64,000 nt of DNA, from the NCBI RefSeq assembly GCF_009914755.1, contig NC_060936.1. One strand, written 5' to 3'. Origin of the DNA: the human T2T-CHM13v2.0 reference genome, Homo sapiens. Numbering within the stretch: the first letter of the stretch is position 1; every line of letters starts with the position of its first letter. Shown here piece after piece: positions 1-12,934 of this stretch. The position numbers and the translations under genes were made by a program. Below the pieces are notes generated by a model that did no database searches, was not told the origin of the DNA, and was given only the letters and a program-made list of their open reading frames with translations.

Positions 1-499
1 GCTGATGGATCAGATGTGCCGCATGAGGCATGCTCCCCACGGATGCAGACAAGCTGGTCTTTGTGAGATTTAGCTTGAATTCCATCTTCTGGATGTATCT
101 TCCTTCCGTTGCAAGGTACAACGGAAGAACTAGAAGATGAAGAAATGGAGCACTGACTCCTTCGTTCCCACAGCTGCAATCCAGTATCAGAGAAGATGTC
201 CTTTAAACAGGCTGCTACTGAGAACCTCGTTTGCTCAAGACTGAAAAAGGACAATCTTGGCCAGCAAGGGGAGAGCTGTACCCATTCCTCTGGAGGAATA
301 AACAACCTGATACTTAATTGCCTGAATTAGCTGTCTTGCCCATGCCAATCATTCTGTCCTGGTATTTGACCTAAGGAAAGTATAAGATGTCATGAACAAA
401 GAGAACGTACTTACAGAGGCCACCATGATGTCCAAAAGAACCTTTTCCCTATTGTTTTTGGTGTTCCAGCTCCTCAAAGTGACTTTCTGCTCCTTTAAC

Positions 500-680
500 C
501 AAAATCCTACTCTACTTTTAAGAATCAGGTCAAATGCCATCTCCTCAGTGAAGTACTTTTTTTCTGACCATCCCTGTTTTTCTCTAAACTTCTATAGCAA
601 TTATTCTTTGTTCAGTACATTGTGGAATTAGCCAGAGTTCCATGTGTATTCCTTCTATTACTATAGAACTATGTTTAGAT
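500..680 (+). mobile_element. L2 LINE 3' fragment (degraded)
   Basis: tcaggtcaaatgccatctcctcagtgaagtac...ctgaccatccc resembles the L2 3' region; boundaries approximate. Confidence 0.5.
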
Positions 681-1440
681 TACTCATTGCTTCGAGTAAC
701 GCAATACTTTATCAAATCCATAAGCCCATAAATTCAACCAAAAGCAAGTTTGCCCAACTGAGGTCTTATATTAGTTGGACACATTGATTATAATCAAAAT
801 ACTTATGTATATTAACAAAAATGGAAAGTTTGTTTAATTAATTTAAAAAATTAATAAATTAATTCCAGTTTATATGATTGCTTCAGGAAACAAAAGCAAA
901 GGGTTAAACTCTAAAGTATTGGAGAAGGTGGTTTCTTTAATCACAGAGAAGTAGCCTCCTACTGAAAGCATCCCTAAATTAAATTTCTGAATTTAAACAA
1001 ATATCCTATTTCTCAGTGGTAACAGCATGAAAAGATCAGAAGACAAGTAACAAAGGAACTGGAACTATAAAAGGCAAGTAACCTGATAATCATAGAAACA
1101 AAAAGGATCAAGATTCAATGTTACTTCCCATAGTCCATTAGATGCAGAAATAAATAGGAATTGCCCATTTTACAGTACGACGACAAAAAGAATTAAAAGT
1201 TAAAGGCCAGAAAGATTTGAAAGTTAAATATTTAAACTATTACAATTAAAAAAATACACAAAATTCAGAGCAACTGTTTGGACACCTCTTAATTACAGAG
1301 CAATGAGAAACTGGTTAATGAAATTGTGTTACATTCCGTATCGCAGTCTTGATCACATTTTGCATGATTGCTTACTTAATGATCTGGGAACAGAACACTG
1401 AAAGGGCAATAACTTCACCTGTCCTGCTCAACATTTATTC

Positions 1441-1501
1441 CCTATCACACCACCTGGCATTTAAAAGGTGGTATCCTACACACCACCTGGCATTTAAAAG
1501 G
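1441..1501. repeat. Tandem duplication of cacaccacctggcatttaaaagg (period about 33 bp) in an L2 relic
   Basis: Identical 23-mers at 1446-1468 and 1479-1501. Confidence 0.85.
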
Positions 1502-1809
1502 CTCCCATCCAATATATAATTGTTGAATAAAGTACAGTACTTATGTATATTAGGGAGCTGTTCAAATTATACATTAGCATAAAACATGTAATGGTGTGGG
1601 AATATTTTCAATACACATATATGTACAAATGATACTATATTTTAGAAACAAAAATACAGGACCCTATATACTTACGAAAATAAACATGTATGAAAGAACA
1701 AATTATTAACAAAATAGAAAACAGTAATTTAGGCCAAAGATCTAAATAGACATAACAGCCTAAATAAAACTCTTTAAAAATAACGTAGAGTGCAAAAAGG
1801 TAAAAAGCC

Positions 1810-1975
1810 ATAGAAAAAAAGAGCAAATGCTGTAAGCCATCACTTGTATAAACTTCAAAAACTGGCAAAACTAATGGATGGTCAGAATAACAGTAATCTT
1901 TGAAAACAAGGGGTGGTTACTAGAATTGGGTGAGGGGAGGGTATCAAGGATATTCTATCTCTTGACCATGAATAT
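1810..1975 (+). mobile_element. Old L1M (ME/MC-like) 3' UTR fragment
   Basis: gcaaatgctgta...cttgtataaacttcaaaaactggcaaaactaat motif typical of L1M 3' ends. Confidence 0.5.
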
Positions 1976-2880
1976 GTGACTTTGCAACCATTTATCCATG
2001 CCATTGTCCTTATAGACCTATAAAGATCATCTTCCTGAGGCACAAAGCAAGGTGGAGATGGCTGAAGCACGAATGAGGGGCAGCAACAGGATGCTGACCA
2101 CCCCCAGTCCAGCACACCTGCCCACCTCCACTGTCTCCTGTCCTAGGCCACGGAACCTGGGCCATGGATGTCACACACTTTGCTTCCCCCTCCCTCTCCC
2201 TGCACTGAGAATGTACATCCTCATCTCGCCCATCTCCAGATATCCACTCTACAATGGTGTTTTCCTTTCATTTCCATTGTTTCCTTTCTTTTAGGTAATA
2301 GACAATCTCAAAAACAAATTGTATTTATTGCTGTTTCTCTAAAGAGGAACATGCCCTACAAAAGTCTCCTTCTTTATAGATTTCTCATTTATAACAGTGT
2401 GATACTTCTTTTTTATGGTACATAGAACTATTTTCTCTTGATGTTGGTTTCACATAAACAGAAGTAAATATGACTTTACTGGCTATAGAAATACAGCTCG
2501 TGGAGAGAAATGTATTTTGTATCTGAAATATTGCTCTTACCAAGTATTTTTATAAGCACCTTACACATAAAATAAAATGTCAAATAATTCAGAAACAAAT
2601 ATACTATGTTCCAGGGATTGCAAGGAAATTAACATGAAAAGGGACCTGGTAATTCAGGAGTCACTCACTGTTCAGGGAGACAGAAGGTCGGCAGCTGAAC
2701 GTGGAGCTACAAGGCTTCTTGAGGAATTACTACTTTAAAGAAAAACAATGATGTTTTATAGTATTGAAAAAAAAAAACTTTCTAATTTGCCACATATAAA
2801 TTTTAAGAGAAAAATGTTCTAGGAGAGACAAAAATGCTCTTGTTCATTGCCTCCCATAAAAATGAATTTGTACTTCTTAA

Positions 2881-3268
<388 letters not shown>

Positions 3269-3273
3269 ATGAT

Positions 3274-3466
3274 GTGGTTTCTTAACCTAGCACTACTGGC
3301 ATCTTAGACTGGAGAATTCTTTGTTGTGGAGAGCTGTCCTGATGTTGTAGGATGTTTAGCAGCATTCCTGACCTCTACTCACAAATGCCACCAGCCCACC
3401 TTCAGGTGTGATAACCAAAAATGTCTCCAGGCATTGCCAAGTAACAATCTCAGTTGACAACCATTG
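3274..3466 (-). mobile_element. MER20 (hAT-Charlie MITE)
   Basis: ggtttcttaacc...aattctttgttgtgg...gtaggatgtttagcagcat...aaccaaaaatgtctccaggcattgccaa...gttgacaaccattg matches the reverse complement of the recalled MER20 consensus. Confidence 0.8.
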
Positions 3467-4464
3467 ACCTACAAGAAGTATTGTTTGGCCCTCCCAATGC
3501 TTAATCAGGTGGTGTTTTAATGTTTCCTAATTAGTTGACAAGATCGAACACTTGAAATATTTCACACTGAAACCTTAATTTCTTCTCTCTCTTGGGTTAT
3601 CAAAAGATAAGGAATCTCCAGGCTTGCATTCCACTGCTGTATAAATTGGCTAGACACAAATCCTAGCCCCACCTAGAAAGGGCATGCATCCTCTCATTTC
3701 CTACCGTCCACACCATTCCCTATTGTCTCACCACAACTGTGTCCACTGCCACTCACCACTCAGCTGATGTTGTCCTTTTCATTTTGCACCTGCCTGATTC
3801 ACTCATGTACAGACCATCTCTGGCCCCTATAAAATTTGAATTTGCAGCATCACTCTAAAAGCAAAGGACCTAGAAATGTCTGCTATAAACAAAATATAGA
3901 CGTTTTAGCAAATAAAATACAAAGAGCAGTAATGGGAATTATCTAAAGTTAACATTCAAAATACTCATTATGGTCTCACAGAGGCCCAGGATAGCTGCCC
4001 AGGATCTGATTTCTTGGGTGAAAATGAGCACCATGCTTTCACTGATGGTTCAACTCTTTGGTTTGTATCCATTGTGGCAATGCCACAAAGACTCACCTGC
4101 AACCAATACAATTATAATTAAAAATCTGTTGCCATCTGATAATTTATAAGGATCATTCATCATGCAACAAAGTCCACAGCAGTTCTGTAGCCACTAATGC
4201 ACCATATTGATTGGCCATTACTGAACAAGCTAAGGAGATTAAATGACTCCTCCATTCGTTTTTCAAAATCTTATTTTAAATGTCTCAGCTATAATATTCT
4301 ACCAAATACCAGGGTGAAAAAAATCAATGAGATTAGAAATCTTCCTGCTACACTTAAGGGGCCATGTTATTCCTTGCTGCATAATGAATGGAATGAAAAT
4401 AATCACTAGCTGCCTCCACAGTGCACACCTTCCTCCAAATACATAGAGTGGACTCTGTTGCAGG

Positions 4465-4592
4465 AGGGAAAAAAAGGAGACAGAGAAGAAGGACGAAAGA
4501 AACGGAGAAGAAAAAGGGAGGAGAGAGAAAAGGGAGGAAGAAAAAAGAAAAGGAAAAAAGGAAGAAAGGAAGAGGGGGGAAGGAAAACAAAA
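4465..4592. repeat. Purine-rich (GA) low-complexity tract
   Basis: Nearly pure A/G run of about 130 bp; source of spurious K/R/E-rich and F/S/L-rich ORFs. Confidence 0.85.
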
Positions 4593-4853
4593 GAGGCTGG
4601 TTGTGTGAATGCAACAACATACAGCAAGTCTTTGATGTGTAGCCTGAGTAAAGACTGCAGAGATGCAGAAAAGGAGAAAACCCCAACACGCTGTAGCAAG
4701 ACATGAAAACATTCATGTGGCAAGACACACTGTAAAACTTCACTCTCTTTTGGGGGAGGAAATTGGAAATCTATAGATCTCTTCTTGGAGATAGAGCCAG
4801 CTGTCCTGAATGATTCAGTCAGACCCATTTTCTTTCAAACCAAGTCTCAGCGA

Positions 4854-5011
4854 TTTAGGGCCTTTTATAACAAAAGGCGGCCCAGGACAGAAGCAAATAC
4901 TCCTTGAGCACGGTAGCACCAGAGATGTTAATTACCAAAGGAGAAGGGTCAATGCCATCTTAATAGTAGAACCTGCTTTCATTCTGCGAGATAACTTTAT
5001 CTGTAGAAGAC
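4854..5011. repeat. Inverted repeat IR1, left arm
   Basis: Reverse complement aligns without gaps to 5935-6092 at 135/158 by hand count. Confidence 0.93.
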
Positions 5012-5616
5012 AAACAATACGTGTCTTCTACACGTACATTATACCCAGAAGTATAATGATCCAGAAGGAGTATAATGATCCAGAAGGAGTGAGGTGGTGC
5101 CATAACTGGTAGGGAGATTTACTTGGAACAGAAACTCTCACAGTCTTACCCCAAATCATGGGGCCAGAGACTGTTCCATTCCTCTTAAGAAGACGACAAA
5201 AGCTCCATCAGCATCTGCTCCAGCCCAAGGGCAGTGTTTTTGAGCTGGAAAAAGGAACAGGACTGGCCTCTGCCCTAGCCCAGCTCACTCTTAGGCGGTA
5301 TAGTGAGGAGGTGGGTGGGTTATGGATATCGGCTCCCGGGTCCCAGTCCTGCATCCTGCCCTGCTCTGCTTTCAATTCTTGTGCAGCCTTTCAGAACAAG
5401 AATCGCTTCAACACACATCCAACTTCACGCTCAGGGAAACAGGTGTGGGTGGAGTCCAGGTGGGGAAAATTCCCACCGCCTGATGAACTGATGAGCCTCT
5501 AGCCAAGGCAAGGCGAGGGGATGGAGGGAGCTGTGGCCAAAAAGACAGAGGAGACGTCAACTCTTGCCTGTGGATCACCAGGCAAGACAAGAACAGATGG
5601 ATGCACGCTGGCCTAC
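5001..5616 (-). other. Candidate GT-AG intron inside the IR1 spacer (minus strand)
   Basis: Donor GAG|GTAGGC at 5617/5616; acceptor tattgtttgtcttctacAG|at at 5001/5000; motif evidence only. Confidence 0.3.
5050..5090. repeat. Perfect 19-bp tandem duplication agtataatgatccagaagg x2
   Basis: Copies at 5050-5068 and 5069-5087. Confidence 0.9.
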
Positions 5617-5934
5617 CTCAGCTTCTCTTCTGTCTCTCTCTAACAAAACAGAAGAAGAATAACCCTCTTCTGGGGACACAAATGGGATTTCCTGGACTGC
5701 TGGGTCACACCTATAATGGTATCTAATCAAAATTCCTTTATGGCAAGGTATAGTGAGTTGCTGCTTTAGAAAGCTGCACTTGGTAAATGCATCCCAATGA
5801 ATGAGATGGATATTCTGTGCATTCACGTTCATTCCTCAGAGGCCTGGTCCCCATGGACTGCACCAACTGGGCTTCCTCATCCTCTGGCTTCTGGCTGAGT
5901 TCAGGCAGTGGGAGGCGCTGGCAGGAAATATGAG

Positions 5935-6092
5935 GTCTTCTACAGATGAAGTCATCTAGCAAAATGCAAGCAGGTTCTACTATTAAGATGGCATTGACCC
6001 TTCTCCATTGGTAATTAACATCTCTGGCACTACTGTGCTCGAGGAGTACCTACTTTTCTCCTGGGCCTTCTTTCATTCTAAAGAACCCTAAA
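5935..6092. repeat. Inverted repeat IR1, right arm
   Basis: gtcttctacagatgaagtcatctagc...aagcaggttctactattaagatggcattgacccttctcc...ccctaaa; complementary to 4854-5011. Confidence 0.93.
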
Positions 6093-6149
6093 AATAATGA
6101 GCCTTTGTCTTAATGATCATATCTCCTTGTTAGTTGCTGTTGTGGCCGA

Positions 6150-6409
6150 AACCATGTTCTTCAGTGTATGGCTGCAGCTCCCATGGACTGGCCCCTCTCC
6201 TAATGTGGCCTCTCTCTTCTGGCCTCAGTATCCCATTCTCTTTCCCACCTTTTTCAGTCAAATGGTAGTGACTATTGACCACTCCTGCTACCCTGGGGTC
6301 AGGTTCCTTAACACTGACCATATCGTTGTAATCAGCCCCATCATCAAAATCTCTTCAATCACCCCTTGGAAGATGTTGTCCATTTCTTTCTAGGATTTTG
6401 ACTCAAACA
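6150..6409 (+). mobile_element. ERVL LTR 3' part (LTR33-like)
   Basis: gtaatcagccccatcatcaaaatctcttcaatcacccc...ttgactcaaaca resembles the LTR33 3' end. Confidence 0.5.
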
Positions 6410-7419
6410 AAAGTGCAGAATAATTTTGTGACTTTCATGGTTCAAGACTTGAAGATAGTCAGGTCTCTATATCTTAAGAAACCTGTCTAAAATTCATTCA
6501 ACAAACATTCATGCTTTTAGTAGTTATTATGGCCCAGGTACTGTTGCTGGGCCCTATAATGCACCTGTTGCATTATCCATTTAAATGGATAATGCAAGGT
6601 ATTTGCCTGAAGGTGGTCATTGTCTATGCTGCAAATATTATTCTTCTCTCATGATACACATCCATGTCTATCTGACTAGCTGTGGAAATTTTAATCATTC
6701 AGGTGTAAGTATCTTTAATATTCTTGCACAAACTAGTTCTACTGATTGAAACCTAATCATTGATGACTGAAGAAAATATTCCAAGGCTTTCAAGGATGCC
6801 ACATACCCAACATTACAAAGCACAGATTAAAACATGAATAGAACAGTACATTATTTTCTGGTTTGTGCTATACATTCTTTTGGTACCTATTGAAAAAAAA
6901 ATCACTTCAAAACCAATCCAGTTCCTTAAAAATTAGTAGGGTAATTCTATGATAAGATGATATAGAGCTCACACTGATAAAGTAAGTTGATGGTGCAAGA
7001 ATGTATTTATACTTTCCGGCCACTTTCTGTTATCTCAAGGATTTCCTGTACACACTATTCAGGTGATCTCAGGCCTTTGAATTTAATTATGACATTAAAG
7101 ATGTAATTTTAGCATTTTAGGGCCCTGAATTATGTCCAACAGAAGGCTTTATGGAGAGCTTTGGGGAAATTATGATTTGTGTCATTTCAGCCAAAATGCC
7201 ATCTCCTGAGGAATTTCTACATTGACTTTGATGTCAAGTGTTCCCCATGTGGCATGGCACAAATTCTTGAAATTCTGACAGATGTTACTTCATAGCCCAT
7301 GAACAAATACATACAGGGCAAATGTAGCAGGATACCATTTTTGAAACATCAAGAGATCTCTTCTCTTAATGGCCATAAGCCTTTGGCACCTTCAGCCTCA
7401 ATTTTCCAGTGGGAAATAA

Positions 7420-7572
7420 CTTTCCTTGACTTCTCTCTTAGTTTTCTCATCTGTCAACTATGGGTATTAACAGAGACTGCTTCCTAGGATTGTTTCATTG
7501 GACATGTTAATCTATGAAAATTAGTGCCTGACACATTGTTTATTAGTCTTCAATATGTAGAAGCTATTATTA
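7420..7572 (+). mobile_element. MIR SINE
   Basis: Core agttttctcatctgtcaactatggg...gtgcctgacacat...gctattatta. Confidence 0.7.
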
Positions 7573-8327
7573 TAGAACAATAAAGAAAAATGCATTCCTT
7601 AACCACCTGCTACTCATGAGAAAAAGAGGAGTAGCAGGAAAATAACAGGGTCTTGAGAGACTCTGAAAGAATCAATAGTATACTGAAGAATATGAATAAG
7701 TCAGTGCTCAACCACAGCAACTGTGAAGAATGTTCTCTCCCTGGATGGCAAGAAGATAAAAGGGAAGAAGTGACCTCACTGCAAACTCATACGTTCTGCA
7801 AGATGGCATCCCTACAATCAGACCACTGTGGCAATTAGGACTGGGATTTTTGAAAAGGTCACTGAATTGGAAATTGGGAAATAAGACTTTAAGTCCTATC
7901 TGTGCGACTTTAAATGAGTGATGCTAGTCTTGGGGGCTTAAGTAGCTTATTTACAAAATGAGGACAGTCTTCAAGGTGCCATTTTAGCTTTGAATGTCTG
8001 CGATGTTGATACACCAACTAGGGAGTCTTGAAGTTTCATCCTTAAGAGAAAATGGCAAATAATCACTGCTGACCTGAGAGACTTTTTAGGGAAAGCTGAA
8101 TCTAGGTCCATGATTGGGGTCATAACTTATTCCCAAACTAACAACATCTACATCTTTAGCATACCACAAGGTATGCAAAATAATGGCCCCAAGTAAGAGA
8201 ATGTTAAGTGATTTGTTGGTGTGCTCTCCTCACAAAGGTTTAGTGTACTGTGTCAGAGACTTCAGAATGGCTTCCAATGAAACGAGTTTTAAGGTTCAAA
8301 TACTAAACAGTTCTAACATTAGCCATC

Positions 8328-8717
8328 TGTGTTAGTCCATTTTGCACTGCCATAAAGGAATAGCTGAGACTGAGTAATTTATAAAGAAAAGAGGTTTATT
8401 TGGCACACAGTTCTGCCAGCTGTGCAAGTATGGTACCAGCATCTGCTCAGCTTCTGGTGAGGCCTCAGGAAGCTCTTCCTCATGGTGGAAGGTGAAGAGG
8501 GAGCCAACATGTCACATGGTGAGAGAGGGAGCAAGAGAGAGAAGAAGAGGTCCCAGACTCTTTTTGACAGTCAGATCTCATGGTAACTCATTAACAAGCC
8601 AAGCCATTCATGAGGGATCCACCTCCATGATCTAAACGTCTCCCATCAGATCCCACCTCCCACATTGGAGGTCACATTTCAACATGAGATTAAAGTACAC
8701 ACATTCAAACCATATCA
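8328..8717 (-). mobile_element. MaLR solo LTR (MSTB-like)
   Basis: tgtgttagtcc...aaaccatatca with TG...CA ends and a 5-bp TSD ccatc on both sides. Confidence 0.9.
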
Positions 8718-9361
8718 CCATCTGAAAAAAGTAGGTAACACAGAAAACATTTTCCTTCTGGGTCCTTAAACAATTAAGTTTTGCTCCAGGAGTAGCTGCA
8801 GAAAATTTGATACTCACAACACAAACACTGTGTACCATGAGTCTACGTCCCTGGTGTGCCTGTGAGCTTTACCCCTCAGAACTCCTTAAAACAAATTGCT
8901 GTCTGCATGCACCTGAGATAGACCCAGTGTCTTCCAGCTCTGTGGCTCTGTTGATTGGCTCCATCCCTGTGATTAAAACTGATGAAAGTCCAGGTCTTTG
9001 AAGCACTGGAATGCAAGAATTTCATCAATTTCAATTGCCTTCTGGCTTCTAGAATAAGAACCCACTGGGAAGCCAGACCAAGTAATCTGACCTGGTAAAA
9101 TTGAGAAAATGAACACATTGCTTTTGTCTAAATTGACTGAAGATCCACTGGGGGAATCACACTGTGTAAGGGTCTCAGGGAAAGTTTTTAGAAAGCACAT
9201 CCCAATCCACAGGGAAGAATCTGCCCTCATGGCCTGGGCCTTCCATCCCAACCTCCTCTGCCCTCCTGGGTTCAGAAATCTGCTCTCTACATCTTCCAAA
9301 GTCGTCCCATGTCCACACAGCCTCTGTAGTACTGGAAAATTCCCAACTTGTTCCTAATGAT

Positions 9362-10172
9362 TGTGGCAAATGGAATAATACTTCCCTGATATATTTGGCC
9401 GTGTCTCCATCCACTTTTCATCTTGAATTGCAGTTCCCATACTCCCCACGTGCTGTGGGAGGGACCCAATGGGAGATAATTTAATCATAGTGGCAGTTAC
9501 CCCCATGCTGCTGTTCGCACGATAGTAAGTGAGTTCACAGGAGATCTGATGGTTTTATAAGGGGCTTTTCCCCCTTTTACTCAGCACTTCTCCTTCCCGC
9601 CACCATGTGAAGAAGAACGTGTTTGCTTCCCCTTCTGCCATGGTTGTAAGTTTCCTGAGGCCTCCCCAGCCATGCTGAACTGAGTCAATTAAACCTCTTT
9701 CCTTTATAAATTTGCCAGTTTCAGGTAGGTCTTTATTAGCAGCATGAGAATGGACTAATGCATCCCCCTACAACCAAAAAATATGCTCGTGCCCTAATCC
9801 TTGAAACCTGTGAACATGTTAGCTTACATGGTGAGAGGGACTCTGCAGGTATGATTAAGTTAGGGATCTTGAGATGAGAGATTATCCTGAATTATCAGGG
9901 TAGGCTCAAATCACCGAGGCCCCTACAGGAGGGAGACAACATGATGAAAGAGGGGACATCATAATGATGAAGGCAGAGCTTGGAACAGGAGCAGCCTCTA
10001 GAAGCTGAAAACAGCAGGGAAACAGATTTTCCCCTTGAGCTTCCAGAAGACACACAGCTCTGCCTATACTTCCACTTTAGCTCAGTGAGATGTCAGAGAC
10101 AAAAAAGCGTGTGCTGTTTCAAGTCACTCAATTTGTGGCATTTTGTTACAGCAGCAGTAGGGAACCTATACA
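9362..10172 (+). mobile_element. MLT1D-like solo LTR interrupted by a THE1 LTR
   Basis: tgtggcaaatggaataat...[THE1]...ccctaatccttgaaacctgtgaacatgttagcttacatgg...ttgttacagcagcagtagggaacctataca. Confidence 0.8.
9387..9762 (+). mobile_element. THE1 (C/D-like) solo LTR nested in MLT1D
   Basis: tgatatatttggccgtgtc...gatctgatggttttataagggg...gtcaattaaacctctttcc...ggactaatgca; ttccc/tcccc TSD-like flanks. Confidence 0.9.
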
Positions 10173-10234
10173 GCTATCTACAGTGTTGCCTCCCTGCTCA
10201 GGATGGGGACTGGGTGTGGATTCTGTCTGAGATG

Positions 10235-10385
10235 CCCACTAACTGTGTGGATAAGTGACCTCAATTTCCACACCTGTAAAATAGGGTGACAGCAGCTCCT
10301 GTCTCATGCATTATTTTAATGGCTATTATCCTTAAAACAGTATGCAGCTCATTTCAAGAATTACATAAATGTTAGCTATTACTGT
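10235..10385 (+). mobile_element. MIR SINE
   Basis: ctgtgtggataagtgacctcaatttccacacctgtaaaataggg...aaatgttagctatt. Confidence 0.6.
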
Positions 10386-10725
10386 GATATTTAATATCAA
10401 TGTTCAACTGCTTACTATTGCAAATGTTACAATGTTGAGATCGCTCCAAGGATGTACTTTCCTCAACTCTGTACCAAAGGTATTATTGTTATAGTTTCCA
10501 CTCCAGAATCTCATGTGCCCCAAAGATTCCTGTTTAGTTATTAAAAGTGGGTGTGGGAAGGAGATTTCATATTGCCCCAGCTGGAGCAGACAGTCTGAAA
10601 TGGAGCCTTTGACAAACATATGCCTGTAGGTAATTATAAAAAGTAGTGCTGCATACAGATAGTATATATTTTGCAGCCCTGCCAATATCACAGTGTCATC
10701 AAGCTCTCCAGGCTTCTAGCAGATA

Positions 10726-10886
10726 CAGGGCTGGGACTAGGGTGAGACTGAGCTGCTTAGGCCTCTAAATTTAAGGAGCGCACTCTCAGGCACACACCCT
10801 GGACTGAGTAAACTTGAGAGTGAGCACTTCCCTAAATTTTGTGTCCAGGTACCTCACTAGATTAATACACCCTAATCTAGGTCCTG
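10726..10886. mobile_element. hAT MITE (MER96-like), internally palindromic
   Basis: Terminal inverted repeats cagggctgggactagggtg...caccctaatctaggtcctg; degenerate 8-bp TSD agcagata/agcaaacg. Confidence 0.7.
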
Positions 10887-10994
10887 AGCAAACGCAAATG
10901 AGTAGAAAAGGCCTCAACTGGAGATTCATAAAGTCTGCTAGGGGAAAGCATGCAATGACACAAAGGCAAGGAAATTATTAATATATAATCCTAC

Positions 10995-11371
10995 TGATAT
11001 GGTTGGGCTCTGTGTCCCCACCCAAATCTCATCTTGAATTACAATCCCCATAATCCCCACATGTCAAGGGAGAGACCAGGTGGGAGGTGATTGGATCATG
11101 GGGCGGTTTCCCCCATGCTGTTCTCGTGATAGTGAGTGAATTCTCATGAGATCTGATGGTTTTATTGAGTGTTTGACTGTTCCTCCTACACACATGCTCT
11201 CTCGCTGTCCTGCTACCATGTAAGACATGCCTGCTTTCACTTCTGCCATGATGGTAAGTTTCCTGAGGCCTGCCCAGCTGTGTGGAACTGTGAGTCAATT
11301 AAATCTCTTTCCTTTAAAAATTACCCAGTCTTGGATACTTCTTTATATCTATTTGAAAAAGAACTAATACC
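10995..11371 (+). mobile_element. MaLR solo LTR (MSTA/THE1D-like)
   Basis: tgatatggttgggctctgtgtccccacccaaatctcatcttgaatt...gaactaatac; cctac/cctat TSD. Confidence 0.9.
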
Positions 11372-12289
11372 CCTATATAACATCCCTTCAAAACCAATTC
11401 TTAGAGACTGGCTGGAAGTGCTGGGCAGGCAATGTTCTACTTCATAGTATTTGCTCATTTTTAGAATATTTGCTTGTGGCAGTGACTCTTCCAAAGTCAA
11501 CACCCGCAAATGCGGATGTGGTCATTGTTACAAAACCCCAAGTCCATAGATCAGAGATCTGGGGGGTTGATGCCTACCAGGTCATCTGGTTATATCCACC
11601 TTCTCATGACCAGGCCTCCAGACTGCCCTTTCACAACAGCCATCCCCCAAATGTCCTCTAACCTGTGAGTGCACGGATTCAACCCCCCTCTATCTCTTAC
11701 TAATCTCTCCCTCCTTCACTTCTTTCATTTCAAGATGGAACTCATAACGGTATAACCCATTTCACAGGGCCATTAACACTAAACAGTTACCATCTGGGTC
11801 TGATGCTTAGGACTGTCTAGAGTCAGTTACTTGTATCACCATAAAGAATATCACCTGTTGTGTTCCTGCCTGGAGGTAACTCTGGAACAGAGCACCAGGT
11901 ACATTTAACATGATATTTGCTAAATACACAAAACAAAAAGCAAATAAATAAATGGAGGAACCAACTTGCAAAGAGTAAAAATGATGTAAACTCTTCGCCT
12001 GCGTAGAGTGAAGGTCTCTGATTCTGTGTGGATCCCATAAACCAGTCTTCCCCACATGCAAACAGAGCCACCCCAGCCCTTCGGAAGGAGAATCCTGGAG
12101 AAACTCTTTGGTGACTCAGGCACAGGTCTGGGGAGGTCTCTTAGAAGGCTGACATTCATCCAGGGACCTGGACCATGAGAGAGATCCAGAAGGAGGAATG
12201 AGCTTTCCCAAACAACATTGACGAATGAATGATCAAAAGCCAATGAATCCACTTTGCAGGTAGAGAAGCAACACTTACAAAAGCCTTGG

Positions 12290-12650
12290 TGAAACAAAAG
12301 GTTTGAACGATGCAATGAGAGAGAGCCAGTGCAAAGGGAGCACAGTAAGAGAATTGGCAGAGGGTCAAGGTGGGCAGTTCCAGGGTGTACATGACCTGAC
12401 AGGTAAAGAGTCTGTGTCTCATCTTTACTGCAATGAAAAGTTATCCAGGGATGTTAAACTAAAGAGTGATGTGGTTTCATTTGCATTTGAGATGACTCTT
12501 CCTGCTGTGAGAGGAACGGCTTGTAAGGTAGAATTGGGAGGACCAATTAGGAGGCTGATGAGAAAGAAGACAGCATCCTGGACCAGGGTCATGAAATTAG
12601 GAGACGGGAGGATATCATCAGATTTAAAATACATTAAAGGTGAGCTCAGG
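12290..12650 (-). mobile_element. L2 fragment
   Basis: gagtgatgtggtttcatttgcatttgagatgactcttcctgctgtg...ttaggaggctg typical of antisense L2. Confidence 0.6.
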
Positions 12651-12934
12651 ACTTGAAAAGCATTGTCAGGCGTGGGGGTGGCCAGTGGGTTGGAATGCTT
12701 TGTAGCACTGAACAAAGCTTGTTCTATTTTTCTCTCTCTCAGCAAAGAAATGCTATTTTTTATACACATAAGCCATATTTGGTGAGAGCAAAGGGATTTC
12801 ATCATTTATGTAAACCTTTATCGAGGACCTCCCAAGACTCAGGTTTTTGGTGATAAGGGTAAAACCTTTTATGCCCTACAGAAGCGACAGTGTCACGGAA
12901 GAGACACTCCTAAGGAAGGTTTTCTCTGCACTCC

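Noticed and set aside
4299-4828. 129-140 aa ORFs on the minus strand and K/R/E-rich ORFs on the plus strand
   Set aside because: Artefacts of the GA-rich low-complexity tract.
4810-5112. 100-aa ORF over the IR1 left arm, and a possible coding signature between the IR1 arms
   Set aside because: No recognisable protein; the other arm has a stop in the same frame; arm differences fall 8/6/9 across codon positions, so there is no third-position bias.
4854-6092. IR1/IR2 as terminal inverted repeats of DNA transposons of about 1.2 kb
   Set aside because: Identity is highest internally and fades toward the outer ends, no TSD or transposase remnant is visible, and the third IR2 copy is offset. Not formally excluded without a Dfam search.
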